Made by a program: the position numbers and the translations under genes. DNA of 64,000 bases, taken from positions 64,001 through 128,000 of IMG/VR virus record IMGVR_UViG_3300025466_000012, one strand, 5' to 3'. The DNA is from a virus. The notes under the pieces are model-generated. The model had not been told where the DNA came from, did not search any database, and was given only the letters and a program-made list of their open reading frames with translations. Each line of letters begins with the position of its first letter. Within the stretch, counting starts at the first letter, position 1. This document shows, in pieces, positions 47,750-57,939 of the stretch.

Positions 47750-48442
47750 GGAATTGTAGTCTTGTTGTATTTGGTCTGCTGTTAGGGCACGACCATACAC
47801 GGCTACAACGGGAATGTCACCATACCAGTAGTTGTCGCCATAGGCCACATTTTCGTTGCCATTGCTGACCCATTGACTAAATGCTATTGAGTTGGTTCCT
47901 ACAGGTTGACCGTTAAGGTAATAAGTTACCAAACCACCGGTAGTCTGTGTAACTGCGGCAACGAACCATTGATTGGTAGTGATAGACAAGTTGTTGCTGA
48001 ATCCACCACCGCCTCCAGCACTCCAATGTATTTGATAAACACCTGCGCTAGGACTGTAAATATAGGTATTAAAGTTTCTAGTTCCTGCGGCTGTGCCAAA
48101 CATACAGCGGAAAGTGCCGGCGGTAATAGCAGTTAGTCTGGCCACAATGAATACAGTTTTACCTGTGTAGGTTTGATTGTATTTGGCTGTGGGCGTTCCA
48201 GCATATTGAGTGCCAGCACCATTGAAAGAGAAGTAGCTGTTTGCACCACTGCTGACGAATGTAGGACTGCCTACCAAGGTAGCATTGTTGGTATTGGTAG
48301 ACAAGTCAGTCCAAGTAGTTCCCGAACCAGAATAACTAGCGGCCTGCCCAGCATCTAGATATAGCAAGGCACCGTTGCTATTAAACGATGAGTCATAAAC
48401 CGTAAATCCTTGTATGTTGGTGCCTTGAATAATTGTTGTCAT
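47726..48442 (-). CDS. LamG/concanavalin A-like lectin-domain virion protein
   Basis: LLYLDAG..SYSGSGTTW.DLS; YLNG; VAVYGRALT..I.Q.Y. Confidence 0.8.
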   Translation of the reverse strand: MTTIIQGTNIQGFTVYDSSFNSNGALLYLDAGQAASYSGSGTTWTDLSTNTNNATLVGSPTFVSSGANSYFSFNGAGTQYAGTPTAKYNQTYTGKTVFIVARLTAITAGTFRCMFGTAAGTRNFNTYIYSPSAGVYQIHWSAGGGGGFSNNLSITTNQWFVAAVTQTTGGLVTYYLNGQPVGTNSIAFSQWVSNGNENVAYGDNYWYGDIPVVAVYGRALTADQIQQDYNSLKGRYGF

Positions 48443-49158
48443 ACCCCAAACCGTCCCTTCAACCCATAGTAGTTTTGTTGAATTTGTTCTAAGGTAAGTT
48501 TAGTATTATACAACTCTAAATTGGCCACATAGCCCCAGGGTTGATCTGCGGAACCTTGTATGTTGCCCCAGGCATAGTGATACTGCCCTGATACCGATTT
48601 AAATACCGGTTGACCAACCAGTTGACCATTGATGTAGAATACTTGTCCTGCGGCATCGCCTATTGTGGCAAACTGTGCCCAAACATCACCATAGGCTGAC
48701 ATGTTGTAGGTTGAGCTGTTGAACCCGGTGAGTGTGGCGTTGTCCCACATGCCCAAGATATTGGTCCCGGTGTTGACAATAATAGCATGTCCACCGTTGG
48801 GTCGGCTGCCGTTGGCTTGATAACCTCTTAAAAGAGTTCTGTAACCAGTTGTGGTGGATCTTACACGCACCCAACTGATGTAGGTAAATGCTGTGGGTAT
48901 CTGTATGTCGACTGAATTGGCGGTAATAACTTGTCCAGTAGCAGAGCAGTTGAAACATTTAACACCACTCAACACAGTGTAGAGGTTGCTGTTGCTGAGA
49001 GTATGAGTGTAGCCATTGCCCGACAGGTCATTGAGCGTGGTGCCTGTGCCTGAATAACTTGAACTATTGTTAGCATCAAGATACAGCACTAAACCAGTGG
49101 GCATGACCCCACCATCTACAACTCTTGTTCCTCGGAGTGTTACGCCTTGAACAATCAT
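48439..49158 (-). CDS. LamG/concanavalin A-like lectin-domain virion protein (paralog)
   Basis: LVLYLDAN..SYSGTGTT..DLS; YING; LYNTKLT..I.QNY. Confidence 0.8.
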   Translation of the reverse strand: MIVQGVTLRGTRVVDGGVMPTGLVLYLDANNSSSYSGTGTTLNDLSGNGYTHTLSNSNLYTVLSGVKCFNCSATGQVITANSVDIQIPTAFTYISWVRVRSTTTGYRTLLRGYQANGSRPNGGHAIIVNTGTNILGMWDNATLTGFNSSTYNMSAYGDVWAQFATIGDAAGQVFYINGQLVGQPVFKSVSGQYHYAWGNIQGSADQPWGYVANLELYNTKLTLEQIQQNYYGLKGRFGV

Positions 49159-49159
49159 A

Positions 49160-50404
49160 TTAACCTAGGAACGCCACTGACCAGTTGTCGTTGCCATCAA
49201 AAATAAGTGAACCAACAGTTACTTTAAGTGTAAGTGTGTCTCCTGCCGCCAGTTTTGATACCGTGCCAACACCAAAATGATTAATACTAGGGTTGGCACC
49301 TGATTCCCACATGACTTGATTTACATTACCTGACCCATAGTTTTTGATAACAATGGCCTGTGCGCTTGGTGAAGTATTATTTGCCACACGGCAAACAAGA
49401 TTTAATTGATATAGACCAGCCACGGGTGCGGTAAACACCCCTGTTGACGAATTCAAGTAACCGCCTTGATTGTAATCCACTGCCCAGTTGTTGCCGTTTA
49501 GAATGCCTGTGCCGTTGGTTGTAGTGCTCCAGATTGATGAACTATTGCCATACACACGGAATGCTGGCAAGTTTGGAATTTTGACGCCGCCCGAGCCAGA
49601 TACAGTAACATTGCCGGCAACACTTACTGTATTGCCAAACTGTGCCGGAGTGATGTTTGTAACTATCAACTGTCCGGTGCCGTTTGGATCAACGGTAATA
49701 TTACCATTTGTGACGCTGGTCATTGTGGTGTTGGCACTGAACACCAAATCCCCGTTTGTGGGCAGGGTTACGTTGCCGGTGTTGTCAAAAGTCCAAGTAT
49801 ATGATCCAGCAACTATGCCTACGTTGGCCTGTGCTCCAACCACGTTGCCAGCAATTGAAATGTTTCCAATTAGGTTACCGGCTGTAATATTACCACTAGT
49901 AGAAATAGTATTGCTACCGTATGCAGCCAAGAAAGTAGCCACGTTTGAGTTGCCGTATGTTGCTGGTAGGCCAGTTAACTGACTACCGTTACCAAAGATA
50001 TAAGCACCTGTGATATTGCCGGCAGAACTGATTACGGATTGTGAGTTGGCCAATAGAATATCGCCACCAGTTGGAACGGTCAAGTTACCAGTGTTGTCAA
50101 AGGTCCAGGTATAGCTACCGGCTACTAGTTGAACATTTGGACTTGTTCCTGTTACGTTACCTGTGATGCTAATATTACCAATCAAGTTACCGGCTGTAAT
50201 ATTACCACTAGTAGAAATAGTATTGCTACCGTATGCGGCCAAGAAAGTAGCCACGTTTGCGTTGCCATAGCTTGCGGCAATACCGGTCAGTTGCGATCCG
50301 TTACCCAGTATGTAATTGCCTGAAACGTTGCCAGTGGTAGAAACCACCGTGTTACTAATTACATTGTTAGCCTTGATGTTTATGTACGAACTTAGATCAG
50401 CCAT
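49160..50404 (-). CDS. tail fibre protein with C-terminal C1q-like domain and internal duplication
   Basis: GNITAGN repeats; PAFRV...FTAPVAGLY...LAAGDTL...WSVAFL. Confidence 0.8.
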   Translation of the reverse strand: MADLSSYINIKANNVISNTVVSTTGNVSGNYILGNGSQLTGIAASYGNANVATFLAAYGSNTISTSGNITAGNLIGNISITGNVTGTSPNVQLVAGSYTWTFDNTGNLTVPTGGDILLANSQSVISSAGNITGAYIFGNGSQLTGLPATYGNSNVATFLAAYGSNTISTSGNITAGNLIGNISIAGNVVGAQANVGIVAGSYTWTFDNTGNVTLPTNGDLVFSANTTMTSVTNGNITVDPNGTGQLIVTNITPAQFGNTVSVAGNVTVSGSGGVKIPNLPAFRVYGNSSSIWSTTTNGTGILNGNNWAVDYNQGGYLNSSTGVFTAPVAGLYQLNLVCRVANNTSPSAQAIVIKNYGSGNVNQVMWESGANPSINHFGVGTVSKLAAGDTLTLKVTVGSLIFDGNDNWSVAFLG

Positions 50405-50416
50405 TTGTTTTCCTCG

Positions 50417-52984
50417 TTACCCTGCGTTGTATGTGCGCCATGTTGAGCCATTATAGAACAGGCCAAAGCTCTGGTTGTTTGTGCTGACTGTCATGTTACC
50501 GGTTGCACCCATTATGGTGCGACCATTTGGATTGACAACCAAGTTGTTTGTGGCAAAGGCGCCGCCTGCATCGGCAAAGAATATGGCACCACCGGTTGCT
50601 GGGCTGGCCGGTAGTGTGGCTGTGACCGAGTTGCTCACAGTGTTGACTCCGTATCTATTGCCGGTTGTGGCTGCAAAATTGTTGCTTTGTATAGTAAATG
50701 CGGCTTCACCGGCACTGGCCTGTATGCCAGTCAACTGACTACCGTTACCCAAGATATAGTTACCGGTGATGTTTCCAACTGCACTGATACCAGTCTTGGA
50801 AAATTCTGCCACAATATTGGCTGTGTTGCTACCATCGGCTATGATCCGCACCACACCGTTGGCTTCGTTGGTACCAATCACCAAGTTACCGGTCTGACCA
50901 TTTCCGGTGCCTTGTACATACATATAGCCATCATTGGAGTTTAACGAACTGCCAAGACTGTTGTATGATCCAGGAACATAGCTGCCACCTGCAATACCCA
51001 TGTCAATAAAGTGAATGGTGTCTGACCCGTTGTCGGCTGTGGCAATATAGTCCGTGGTTGACGCGATCCCAGGATCGATATTTTGGAAATTGATCTGGCT
51101 GTAACTGTTGGCATTGCCAGAAAACTGTGCGACCACGTTGCTTGGCAAATGTGTGAACAATTGGATACCAGCATACAAAGCATTGTCGCCGCTCTGGGCA
51201 TTACCAGTCAATGAAGCCACACCAGTCAGGAATCCGCTGGCTGTTATATTGCCTGCGGCCGACACATTGCCAGGCAAAGTGGTATTACCATCAAATCCAA
51301 AGATCCAGTTGCTACCATCTACTTCGAGTCCGGTCCCCACAGTGCCAAATGCTGTGCTGAACCGATAGCTCTGTCCGGCCTGGAAGACTCCACCAGTAAT
51401 AACAATGGTGCTGGTTCCTTGATCTTGCGAAGCCACCGTAGCATTGACTACACCGGGTCCGTTGACCTTGTAACCAACCAGGTTGATGTTGTAGTTGAGA
51501 TACGGGAAAGTGCCAGTAGAACTGTTGACTCCGGATGTGTTTGTGTCGGTTTGTGTGATAGCGGCATCACCAAAGTTCGAACTGTTTGGCAGTGTCAAGT
51601 TACCGCTGGTGCCAAAAGTCCAGGTCGGTCCGTTAGTGTTGATCACGATGTTACCGCTTGGAGATGTCACATTGGCCCAGCTGAATCCGTTTATGATGTA
51701 GCTGGAATTGCCACCGCTACCGCCTCCTGGTCCAGCTACAGCCAAGAATCTGATCTGTACCACGTCACCATTGTAAGGCGCTGTGCTAAAGGTTATACTG
51801 TTGCCGGCAACATCATAGTCAACGTCGGGAGTTTGTGTAATACCGTTTATGGTCACCAACACAGTATTGGCCGTGGCCGATTGCAACAAAGTAAATGTGT
51901 TGGCAACATTGTTGCCTTCTACAGTTTGATTGATTATGCTGGTAGGTGGAATGATACCAGTCAAGTAATAGCCGTTACCATAGTAATATCCAGCAGAGAT
52001 GTTGCCGGTGGTGCTAATGGTGTTGGAGCCGAAATCAGACAAGAAAGCAGCCACATCTGAATTGCCATAGTTTCCGCCCAAGGACACCTGTGTACCGTTG
52101 GCATAATACACATCAAAAGTGTTGCCTGATAGATTCAAGTTGCCGGCCAATGACAAATTACCATCAGTGCCAAAACTCCATTCATTACCGGCGATACCAA
52201 TGACCAAATTGCCATCGGTTGTGGCTATGTTGGCATAGCTGTTGCCGTTGAAAATCTTGTTTGAACTGGCATTGATACCGGTCAACTGTGATCCATTACC
52301 AAAATAGTAATTGGCGGCAACATTGCCGGTCACATTGACCACCCCGGTGCCGTTGGCAGTGAGAGTGACATTGCCGTTGGCCAATGTGCTTGTGATGGTA
52401 TTGCCGTTGATTTTTAAATTGCCAATGACAGTATTGCCCGGCAGGTTGGTGACACCTTTGAGTCCAATGTATCTGTAGCCCGAGACATAAATCACATTAC
52501 CTGAGGTAAGACTAGCCGGTATGGTATTGCCAATAAAGTTTAACAGTCCGGCTTGGTTGTCAAAAAAGTATTCACCAGTGCCGCCGGATCCAGCAGCAAA
52601 CAATTGAGTACCAGTGGACTGTATATTGGCCGCACCAGGTGGCCCGGCATAGACCTTGACCAACCAGGTGCTTCCAAATTCAGACGGAATCCAATCGGTC
52701 AATCCGGTCAACCAGGTAGGATTCACTCCACCAATCAGGCCCACTGTAGGGTCGGCTGTACACTGTACACTGCTTCCGCCCAGATAACTTTGTGTGATAC
52801 CACTCACAGTCTGAGCTGTAGCTGGAATTTGATCACTCTGTGTCCATACTATGTCACCGGCCAACAAGGGTGGGCTGGCTATGCTTTCGTTGCTGGGTGC
52901 CTTGGGCGGATTGGTGTCGGTCTTGGCCACACCAAATAATTTTTTAACTAATAGATCAATGTATTGTGCTTGTGATATTGCCAT
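50417..52984 (-). CDS. long fibre/virion protein
   Basis: 855 aa, N/G/T-rich; GNGSQLTG repeats; LVTINGITQTPDVDY module. Confidence 0.75.
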   Translation of the reverse strand: MAISQAQYIDLLVKKLFGVAKTDTNPPKAPSNESIASPPLLAGDIVWTQSDQIPATAQTVSGITQSYLGGSSVQCTADPTVGLIGGVNPTWLTGLTDWIPSEFGSTWLVKVYAGPPGAANIQSTGTQLFAAGSGGTGEYFFDNQAGLLNFIGNTIPASLTSGNVIYVSGYRYIGLKGVTNLPGNTVIGNLKINGNTITSTLANGNVTLTANGTGVVNVTGNVAANYYFGNGSQLTGINASSNKIFNGNSYANIATTDGNLVIGIAGNEWSFGTDGNLSLAGNLNLSGNTFDVYYANGTQVSLGGNYGNSDVAAFLSDFGSNTISTTGNISAGYYYGNGYYLTGIIPPTSIINQTVEGNNVANTFTLLQSATANTVLVTINGITQTPDVDYDVAGNSITFSTAPYNGDVVQIRFLAVAGPGGGSGGNSSYIINGFSWANVTSPSGNIVINTNGPTWTFGTSGNLTLPNSSNFGDAAITQTDTNTSGVNSSTGTFPYLNYNINLVGYKVNGPGVVNATVASQDQGTSTIVITGGVFQAGQSYRFSTAFGTVGTGLEVDGSNWIFGFDGNTTLPGNVSAAGNITASGFLTGVASLTGNAQSGDNALYAGIQLFTHLPSNVVAQFSGNANSYSQINFQNIDPGIASTTDYIATADNGSDTIHFIDMGIAGGSYVPGSYNSLGSSLNSNDGYMYVQGTGNGQTGNLVIGTNEANGVVRIIADGSNTANIVAEFSKTGISAVGNITGNYILGNGSQLTGIQASAGEAAFTIQSNNFAATTGNRYGVNTVSNSVTATLPASPATGGAIFFADAGGAFATNNLVVNPNGRTIMGATGNMTVSTNNQSFGLFYNGSTWRTYNAG

Positions 52985-52985
52985 A

Positions 52986-55900
52986 TTATGGAGCCGCCTG
53001 TATATTTAATGCAGTTACTGACTGCCCAGATGTGAGTAAGATCCTTACATAAATTTCGTTGTTGGTAGCACTGCTGCTACTGACTGTACCAAAGGTACAA
53101 GTATATATTTTGCTCACGTTGCTTTGAGCTGTATTGGGCACAACTGCTCCGCCCGACGCACAACCATTTGAACCATTGCCACCGGCTCCTATGTTGGCAC
53201 CCGGAACACCTGCTCCGGCATAGTTCTGTGTCATGTCCAACCATCCGTTTAGTGTGCTGGTGCTGTCAATTTGGCTACCTGGCAGGGCCACCCACATGCC
53301 GGCCACTGTGCCCAGATATCTGATGGCAAACTGGCTGACCGGTGTCCGGGTGAACTTGAATGTAAAGTATTGGTTGGCCCCTTGGCTGCTGAGATTTGGA
53401 CCTGCTGGCAAATATCCTGACGAATAGTTGGTGGTGTCATATTTGAGCACACCGGCCGAACCTGATCCAACTACCACAGCATCATAGGTCTGTAATGGGC
53501 CTGTTTGGCTGTTGAACTGTGCTTCGCTACCGGTATAGGTCGGAGTGTTCGTGCTTCCAGGGTTTACAATACGATAGCCCACTGCCGAACCTGAGCCGGT
53601 AGTATTGGCCGCGATCACGATGTTGCCTTCGTCAATGGCTGTGACATTGCCGGTCTTGTACAGTACTGTACCGCTTGGTGTAAATGTATTGGTCGTAGCG
53701 TTGTAACTGTTGGTCACTGTGACAGTAGGTCCTGAAGCACTGCTACCAAATCCGGAAATTATGGCCGCTGTGGTGTTGGCAGTGGCGTTACCAGAACTGA
53801 CCAGATAATTTTGTGACAGCGGTGTGGTTATGTTGGCAGCCGCATAAGTGACCGTGGCCGGAGCCGCAAACGCACCGCCGGCTGTGGTAGCACTGGTAAG
53901 ATTGTTGCTGTCCGGATACATGTTGGCACTGAGACGATTGACCTGAAATCCAATGTTGAAGTTGGTACCGTTGTTGTAGTGTGGTATAGTGCTAGAATAG
54001 GTCAGGCTAGGGCTAGCACAGGCCACAAACGTGGTCGAACTGAACTGTGGTGCTGCCGCAGTACTTGCGTCATAGTACCAGTAAGGCGTATTGGTATTGC
54101 CGGCCACATTGTCGCTCAAATAAACTTCGTTCCAGCCCGATGGAGCACCGTTGCCGCTGATGGCCGAACTAAACACATACCAGAAACCGGCCGTGATTGA
54201 TGAATTGGCAGAATGATAATCGTAATTGTTGGTGACTACCAGATTTCCTCCGTAAGTGCCATTGGCACTTGGCGAAGCACTGGTGTAAAATGAAGCATTG
54301 CCTACCGCGGCTCCGTTGCGATACGCAGTGAGCGTGCCCGAATCACCAGGGCCAGTATTGCCGATGGTGTTGGTTGTGTAAATGGAATTTCTTACAGCAG
54401 ACACAGTGGTTCCGGCCGATACAGCCTTGTTGCCGGTGGCGGTGTTGTCGGGTTGAGTAAATCCTGAACACATGCGAGCCGGTGTGGTTGACATGGTCAA
54501 GGTCAAGCTATTTCCACCTGGGAAGTTGGGTGGTGATGCTGGTACCAGTTTGCCCAACACATAGTTCAATTCGGCTATGCCATTGGTGACACTGGTGTCG
54601 GTTGTCAAAGTGACAGCGTTGCTGACCAAGTTGCCGGCTGTGGGTGTGCCCATCTGTATGCCGGTGGCTCCACCATTGGTGTTGGCCAATATAACCAAGC
54701 CTGTACCAGGCGGTTGCAAATAGATGTTGGCATTGGCCACGTTGCTGCTGATTGTAGTGTTGCTGAAAGTGATATTGCCAGTGTTGCCGCTGACAATACC
54801 GGTCAACTGACTGCCGTTACCTAAAATATAGTTGCCTGATATGTTGCCTACTGCACTCACAAACGAAACATTGCTGATTGAAAAGCCTTGACCATCAAGA
54901 TTGGCTGTCAAGTTGCCATCAAAATAACCGGTAGTACCCTGGATGCCTTGCACGCCGGTAGTGCCCTGTACTCCTTGGATACCTGTGGCGCCTTGTACGC
55001 CTTGTGTGCCTTGAGCTCCATCCACGCCTTGTATGCCTTGAGCACCTGTGGCACCTTGAGCACCTGTGGTTCCTTGAGCACCATCATTACCGGTAGTGCC
55101 TTGAGCACCTGTGGTTCCTTGAGTACCAGTAGCGCCTTGTAGTCCAGTGGTTCCTTGTGCACCTGTGGCGCCCTGTGTGCCTGTTGTGCCCTGAGGTCCT
55201 TGTATTTGTCCGACATTGGTCCAGAGACCTCCTTCGTAGACCCATAAATTTCCAGTGTCTCGTGCTATGACTCCATCGCCGGCTACTGCACCTGGGAATG
55301 CCGCATTCAATGTGGCCTGTGGATCAACTCCTACTGTAGGCACACTGCCGATAATAGCAACACTGGTACCATTGGTACCTTGGACACCTTGTGTACCGGT
55401 AGTGCCCTGTGCACCTGTGGTTCCTTGAGCTCCTGTAGTGCCTTGTATGCCCTGTGCTCCATCAACTCCTTGAATACCTGTCGTGCCTTGTGCTCCATCG
55501 TTCCCGGTAACACCCTGGATGCCTTGCGTGCCGGTAGCGCCTTGTACGCCTTGAATGCCGGTAGCGCCTTGCACGCCGTCAACTCCCTGTGCACCGGTAG
55601 CACCTTGTATGCCTTGTGTGCCTGTGGTGCCTTGAGCTCCGTTGTTGCCAGTGGCACCTTGAGACCCGTCTACACCCTGGATGCCGGTGGTGCCTTGTAT
55701 GCCTGTTGTGCCTTGTGTGCCAGTAGCACCTTGGATTCCGCTGTTGTATGGTGATCCGTTAGCATAGTTGATTGATACTTCTGAGTTTCCAGGCAGTACC
55801 AAATTGCCTGCCGAATTAAACACCCAACTGTGGCTGTTGATATTGATTTCTAAATTGCTATTTGGGTCAGCTATGTTGGCATAACTGGCGCCATTGAAAA

Positions 55901-56819
55901 TCTTGTTTGAACTGGCGTTGATTCCGGTCAACTGACTGCCGTTACCGAGCAGATACAAAGCAGAAATATTGCCAGTGGCACTGATATTGGCCGAGCTGTT
56001 TATATCTCCGGGTGCAGTCAAATTACCACTAGTATCAAAATTCCAAACAGCAGAATTTCCTGCGTTTACATACACATTGCCATTGGCTACCGGTATTGAT
56101 ACATTACTGGCACCATTGCTGATCGAGTTAGTGTTTACATTTAGTCCAGTCAATAGACTGCCATTACCTATGAAGTAATCACCGGTGACATTGCCCACAG
56201 CACTGATGTATCCGCCAGCTTGGATATTACCAGAAACGCTGATATTGTTGACACTGATGTTGCCGCCTTTGTAGTCGATATACTGAGCATAAACAGTGGC
56301 CCAGCGTCGAGTGGGACTGCCCAGATTACGAACATTGGAGATATCGGGCAAGATGTTCACGTTGCTGACCACATTGCCGATACCATTGGGTGCCAGCACC
56401 AGATTGCCATTGGTATTCAAGGTGCGAATGGTATTGTCGGCTATCTGAATGTTTGAACCAACCGGACCGGCTGCGTAGATCTGATCAAAGTTGTGATTGA
56501 CCTTGGTAAAGGCCACGTCCAAGGGATCGCCAGGCGGCACTGTGTTGATGATATACTGCCCGGCACTGTCAAACGTCACGGTCATCGTGCCCGAACCGTT
56601 GGCCAGGGGATAAATGGCTCCACCCGGCAAGCTGGTGATCTGTATCTGGTTGCTGCTGATGGTATTGCCGATATAGTAGGTAGCGTTGGCCGTGATGTTT
56701 CCAAATGTGTTACCAGTAAAAACTATGGGCAGGCCCACCACCATGTTGGCGATATTGGCCATGACCACGCTGTTGGTGTTGGCGTAGGTGTTTGAAGCGG
56801 TTGTAGAATACGAACTCAT
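52986..56819 (-). CDS. long fibre protein with collagen triple-helix repeats
   Basis: 1277 aa; two Gly-X-Y tracts; GDPLDVAFTKVNHNF; reverse TAAATA near 56850. Confidence 0.85.
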   Translation of the reverse strand: MSSYSTTASNTYANTNSVVMANIANMVVGLPIVFTGNTFGNITANATYYIGNTISSNQIQITSLPGGAIYPLANGSGTMTVTFDSAGQYIINTVPPGDPLDVAFTKVNHNFDQIYAAGPVGSNIQIADNTIRTLNTNGNLVLAPNGIGNVVSNVNILPDISNVRNLGSPTRRWATVYAQYIDYKGGNISVNNISVSGNIQAGGYISAVGNVTGDYFIGNGSLLTGLNVNTNSISNGASNVSIPVANGNVYVNAGNSAVWNFDTSGNLTAPGDINSSANISATGNISALYLLGNGSQLTGINASSNKIFNGASYANIADPNSNLEININSHSWVFNSAGNLVLPGNSEVSINYANGSPYNSGIQGATGTQGTTGIQGTTGIQGVDGSQGATGNNGAQGTTGTQGIQGATGAQGVDGVQGATGIQGVQGATGTQGIQGVTGNDGAQGTTGIQGVDGAQGIQGTTGAQGTTGAQGTTGTQGVQGTNGTSVAIIGSVPTVGVDPQATLNAAFPGAVAGDGVIARDTGNLWVYEGGLWTNVGQIQGPQGTTGTQGATGAQGTTGLQGATGTQGTTGAQGTTGNDGAQGTTGAQGATGAQGIQGVDGAQGTQGVQGATGIQGVQGTTGVQGIQGTTGYFDGNLTANLDGQGFSISNVSFVSAVGNISGNYILGNGSQLTGIVSGNTGNITFSNTTISSNVANANIYLQPPGTGLVILANTNGGATGIQMGTPTAGNLVSNAVTLTTDTSVTNGIAELNYVLGKLVPASPPNFPGGNSLTLTMSTTPARMCSGFTQPDNTATGNKAVSAGTTVSAVRNSIYTTNTIGNTGPGDSGTLTAYRNGAAVGNASFYTSASPSANGTYGGNLVVTNNYDYHSANSSITAGFWYVFSSAISGNGAPSGWNEVYLSDNVAGNTNTPYWYYDASTAAAPQFSSTTFVACASPSLTYSSTIPHYNNGTNFNIGFQVNRLSANMYPDSNNLTSATTAGGAFAAPATVTYAAANITTPLSQNYLVSSGNATANTTAAIISGFGSSASGPTVTVTNSYNATTNTFTPSGTVLYKTGNVTAIDEGNIVIAANTTGSGSAVGYRIVNPGSTNTPTYTGSEAQFNSQTGPLQTYDAVVVGSGSAGVLKYDTTNYSSGYLPAGPNLSSQGANQYFTFKFTRTPVSQFAIRYLGTVAGMWVALPGSQIDSTSTLNGWLDMTQNYAGAGVPGANIGAGGNGSNGCASGGAVVPNTAQSNVSKIYTCTFGTVSSSSATNNEIYVRILLTSGQSVTALNIQAAP
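54928..55739 (-). repeat. collagen-like (Gly-X-Y)n repeats
   Basis: GAQGTTG/GIQGAT repeats in two blocks separated by a ~55-aa globular insert; boundaries approximate. Confidence 0.9.
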
Positions 56820-56947
56820 TGGGTTCCTTGTTAGCCTTTTTAGTTATTTATGGCTAACTTGTAATCCAAAACAGTTGTTTTGTCACACACAATTTGCTAT
56901 ACTAGTATCATGCTGTGGACACACAGCTTTTTAGAGAAAGGCATCAA

Positions 56948-57220
56948 ATGAAACATTTCAATCCTGAAACAAAGACTTTCAAGGTCTTACAAGCACTACA
57001 AAGTGGCAAGGCGTTGACAGCTAGCCAGGCTGGTAAAATGGGTGTAAAAAACTTGTCAGCCGAAGTAAGCCGTATTAGAAGCAACGGTTTTGCCATTTAC
57101 ACAAACAGCCGCGTTGCTGGCAATGGTGTCAAGGTAACTGAATACGTACTTGGCAAACCCTCGAGAAAATTAGTGGCTTTAGGTTACAAAGCACAGGCTT
57201 TGGGAATCACCTTAGACTAA
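56948..57220 (+). CDS. winged helix-turn-helix protein
   Basis: VLQALQSG..LTASQA...NLSAEVSRIRSNGF.I. Confidence 0.7.
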   Translation: MKHFNPETKTFKVLQALQSGKALTASQAGKMGVKNLSAEVSRIRSNGFAIYTNSRVAGNGVKVTEYVLGKPSRKLVALGYKAQALGITLD

Positions 57221-57253
57221 GTCTTATCCTAATACCCCGTTCGGTGGTATTCC

Positions 57254-57281
57254 AAAAAGCCCGGTTTCGCCGGGCTTTTTT
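57254..57281 (+). terminator. bidirectional intrinsic terminator
   Basis: AAAAAGCCCGG-TTTCG-CCGGGCTTTTTT. Confidence 0.9.
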
Positions 57282-57287
57282 CTTTGC

Positions 57288-57329
57288 GGTTGACCAAAAA
57301 ATGCCCTTTTGCTATAATATATGTATAGT
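57288..57329 (+). promoter_or_regulatory. early promoter module, copy 6 (diverged)
   Basis: TTGACC 57290-57295, TATAAT 57313-57318, GTATAGT. Confidence 0.85.
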
Positions 57330-57345
57330 TAAATAAAGGATAAAC

Positions 57346-57939
57346 ATGCCAAATTATTGCTCAAATTCCGTTGTATTAAGACACGAAGATCCTGCCCAAA
57401 TTGCCCGGGCTGTAGGAGCATTCAAGCGTGGTGAACTTTTGGCCGAACTGGTGCCAAATCCTGCCGGTGCTTGGGACTACGATTGGTCGGTTGCAAATTG
57501 GGGTGTCAAATGGGACGTGGACGGTGATATTGATCCAGTGGTTGCCGACGACGGACTATCAGCCCAGTTCGCCTTTAGTTCGGCCTGGAGTCCGCCGATC
57601 ACGGCCTATGAACACATGACTGAACAGGGATTTAGAATAGACGCCATGTACTACGAATCTGGCATGGCATTTGCCGGAACATGGGACAGTGAATTTGGTG
57701 AGGATCACTACGATTTATCCGGAATGGATTCTGGTGATGTGGCCCAGCAGTTGCCCCAGGATTTAGACGAAACATTTGGCATCAGTGCAACCATGGCCGA
57801 ATACGAAGATGAAGAACCCTTGACCGAATGGTATAAAGATGGTGTTGAACAATGCAAGCTAGATCCGCATGATGAAATGCCACATGAGTTTGCCACGCCA
57901 GGACAGTTTGTCTTCGAAGAAGGATTAAAAAATGAATGA
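57346..57939 (+). CDS. YubB/DUF1281 ferredoxin-like domain protein
   Basis: MPNYCSN, WSVANWGVKWD, F.SAWSPP, YYESGM.F.G. Confidence 0.75.
   Translation: MPNYCSNSVVLRHEDPAQIARAVGAFKRGELLAELVPNPAGAWDYDWSVANWGVKWDVDGDIDPVVADDGLSAQFAFSSAWSPPITAYEHMTEQGFRIDAMYYESGMAFAGTWDSEFGEDHYDLSGMDSGDVAQQLPQDLDETFGISATMAEYEDEEPLTEWYKDGVEQCKLDPHDEMPHEFATPGQFVFEEGLKNE

Noticed and set aside
47726-56819. Diversity-generating retroelement TR/VR pair among fibre repeats
   Set aside because: No reverse transcriptase in the window; repeat mismatches are mostly synonymous and not adenine-specific
57232-57252. Small hairpin AATACC...GGTATT before the terminator as a separate ncRNA
   Set aside because: Too short, and most simply part of the 3' UTR/terminator region of the wHTH gene
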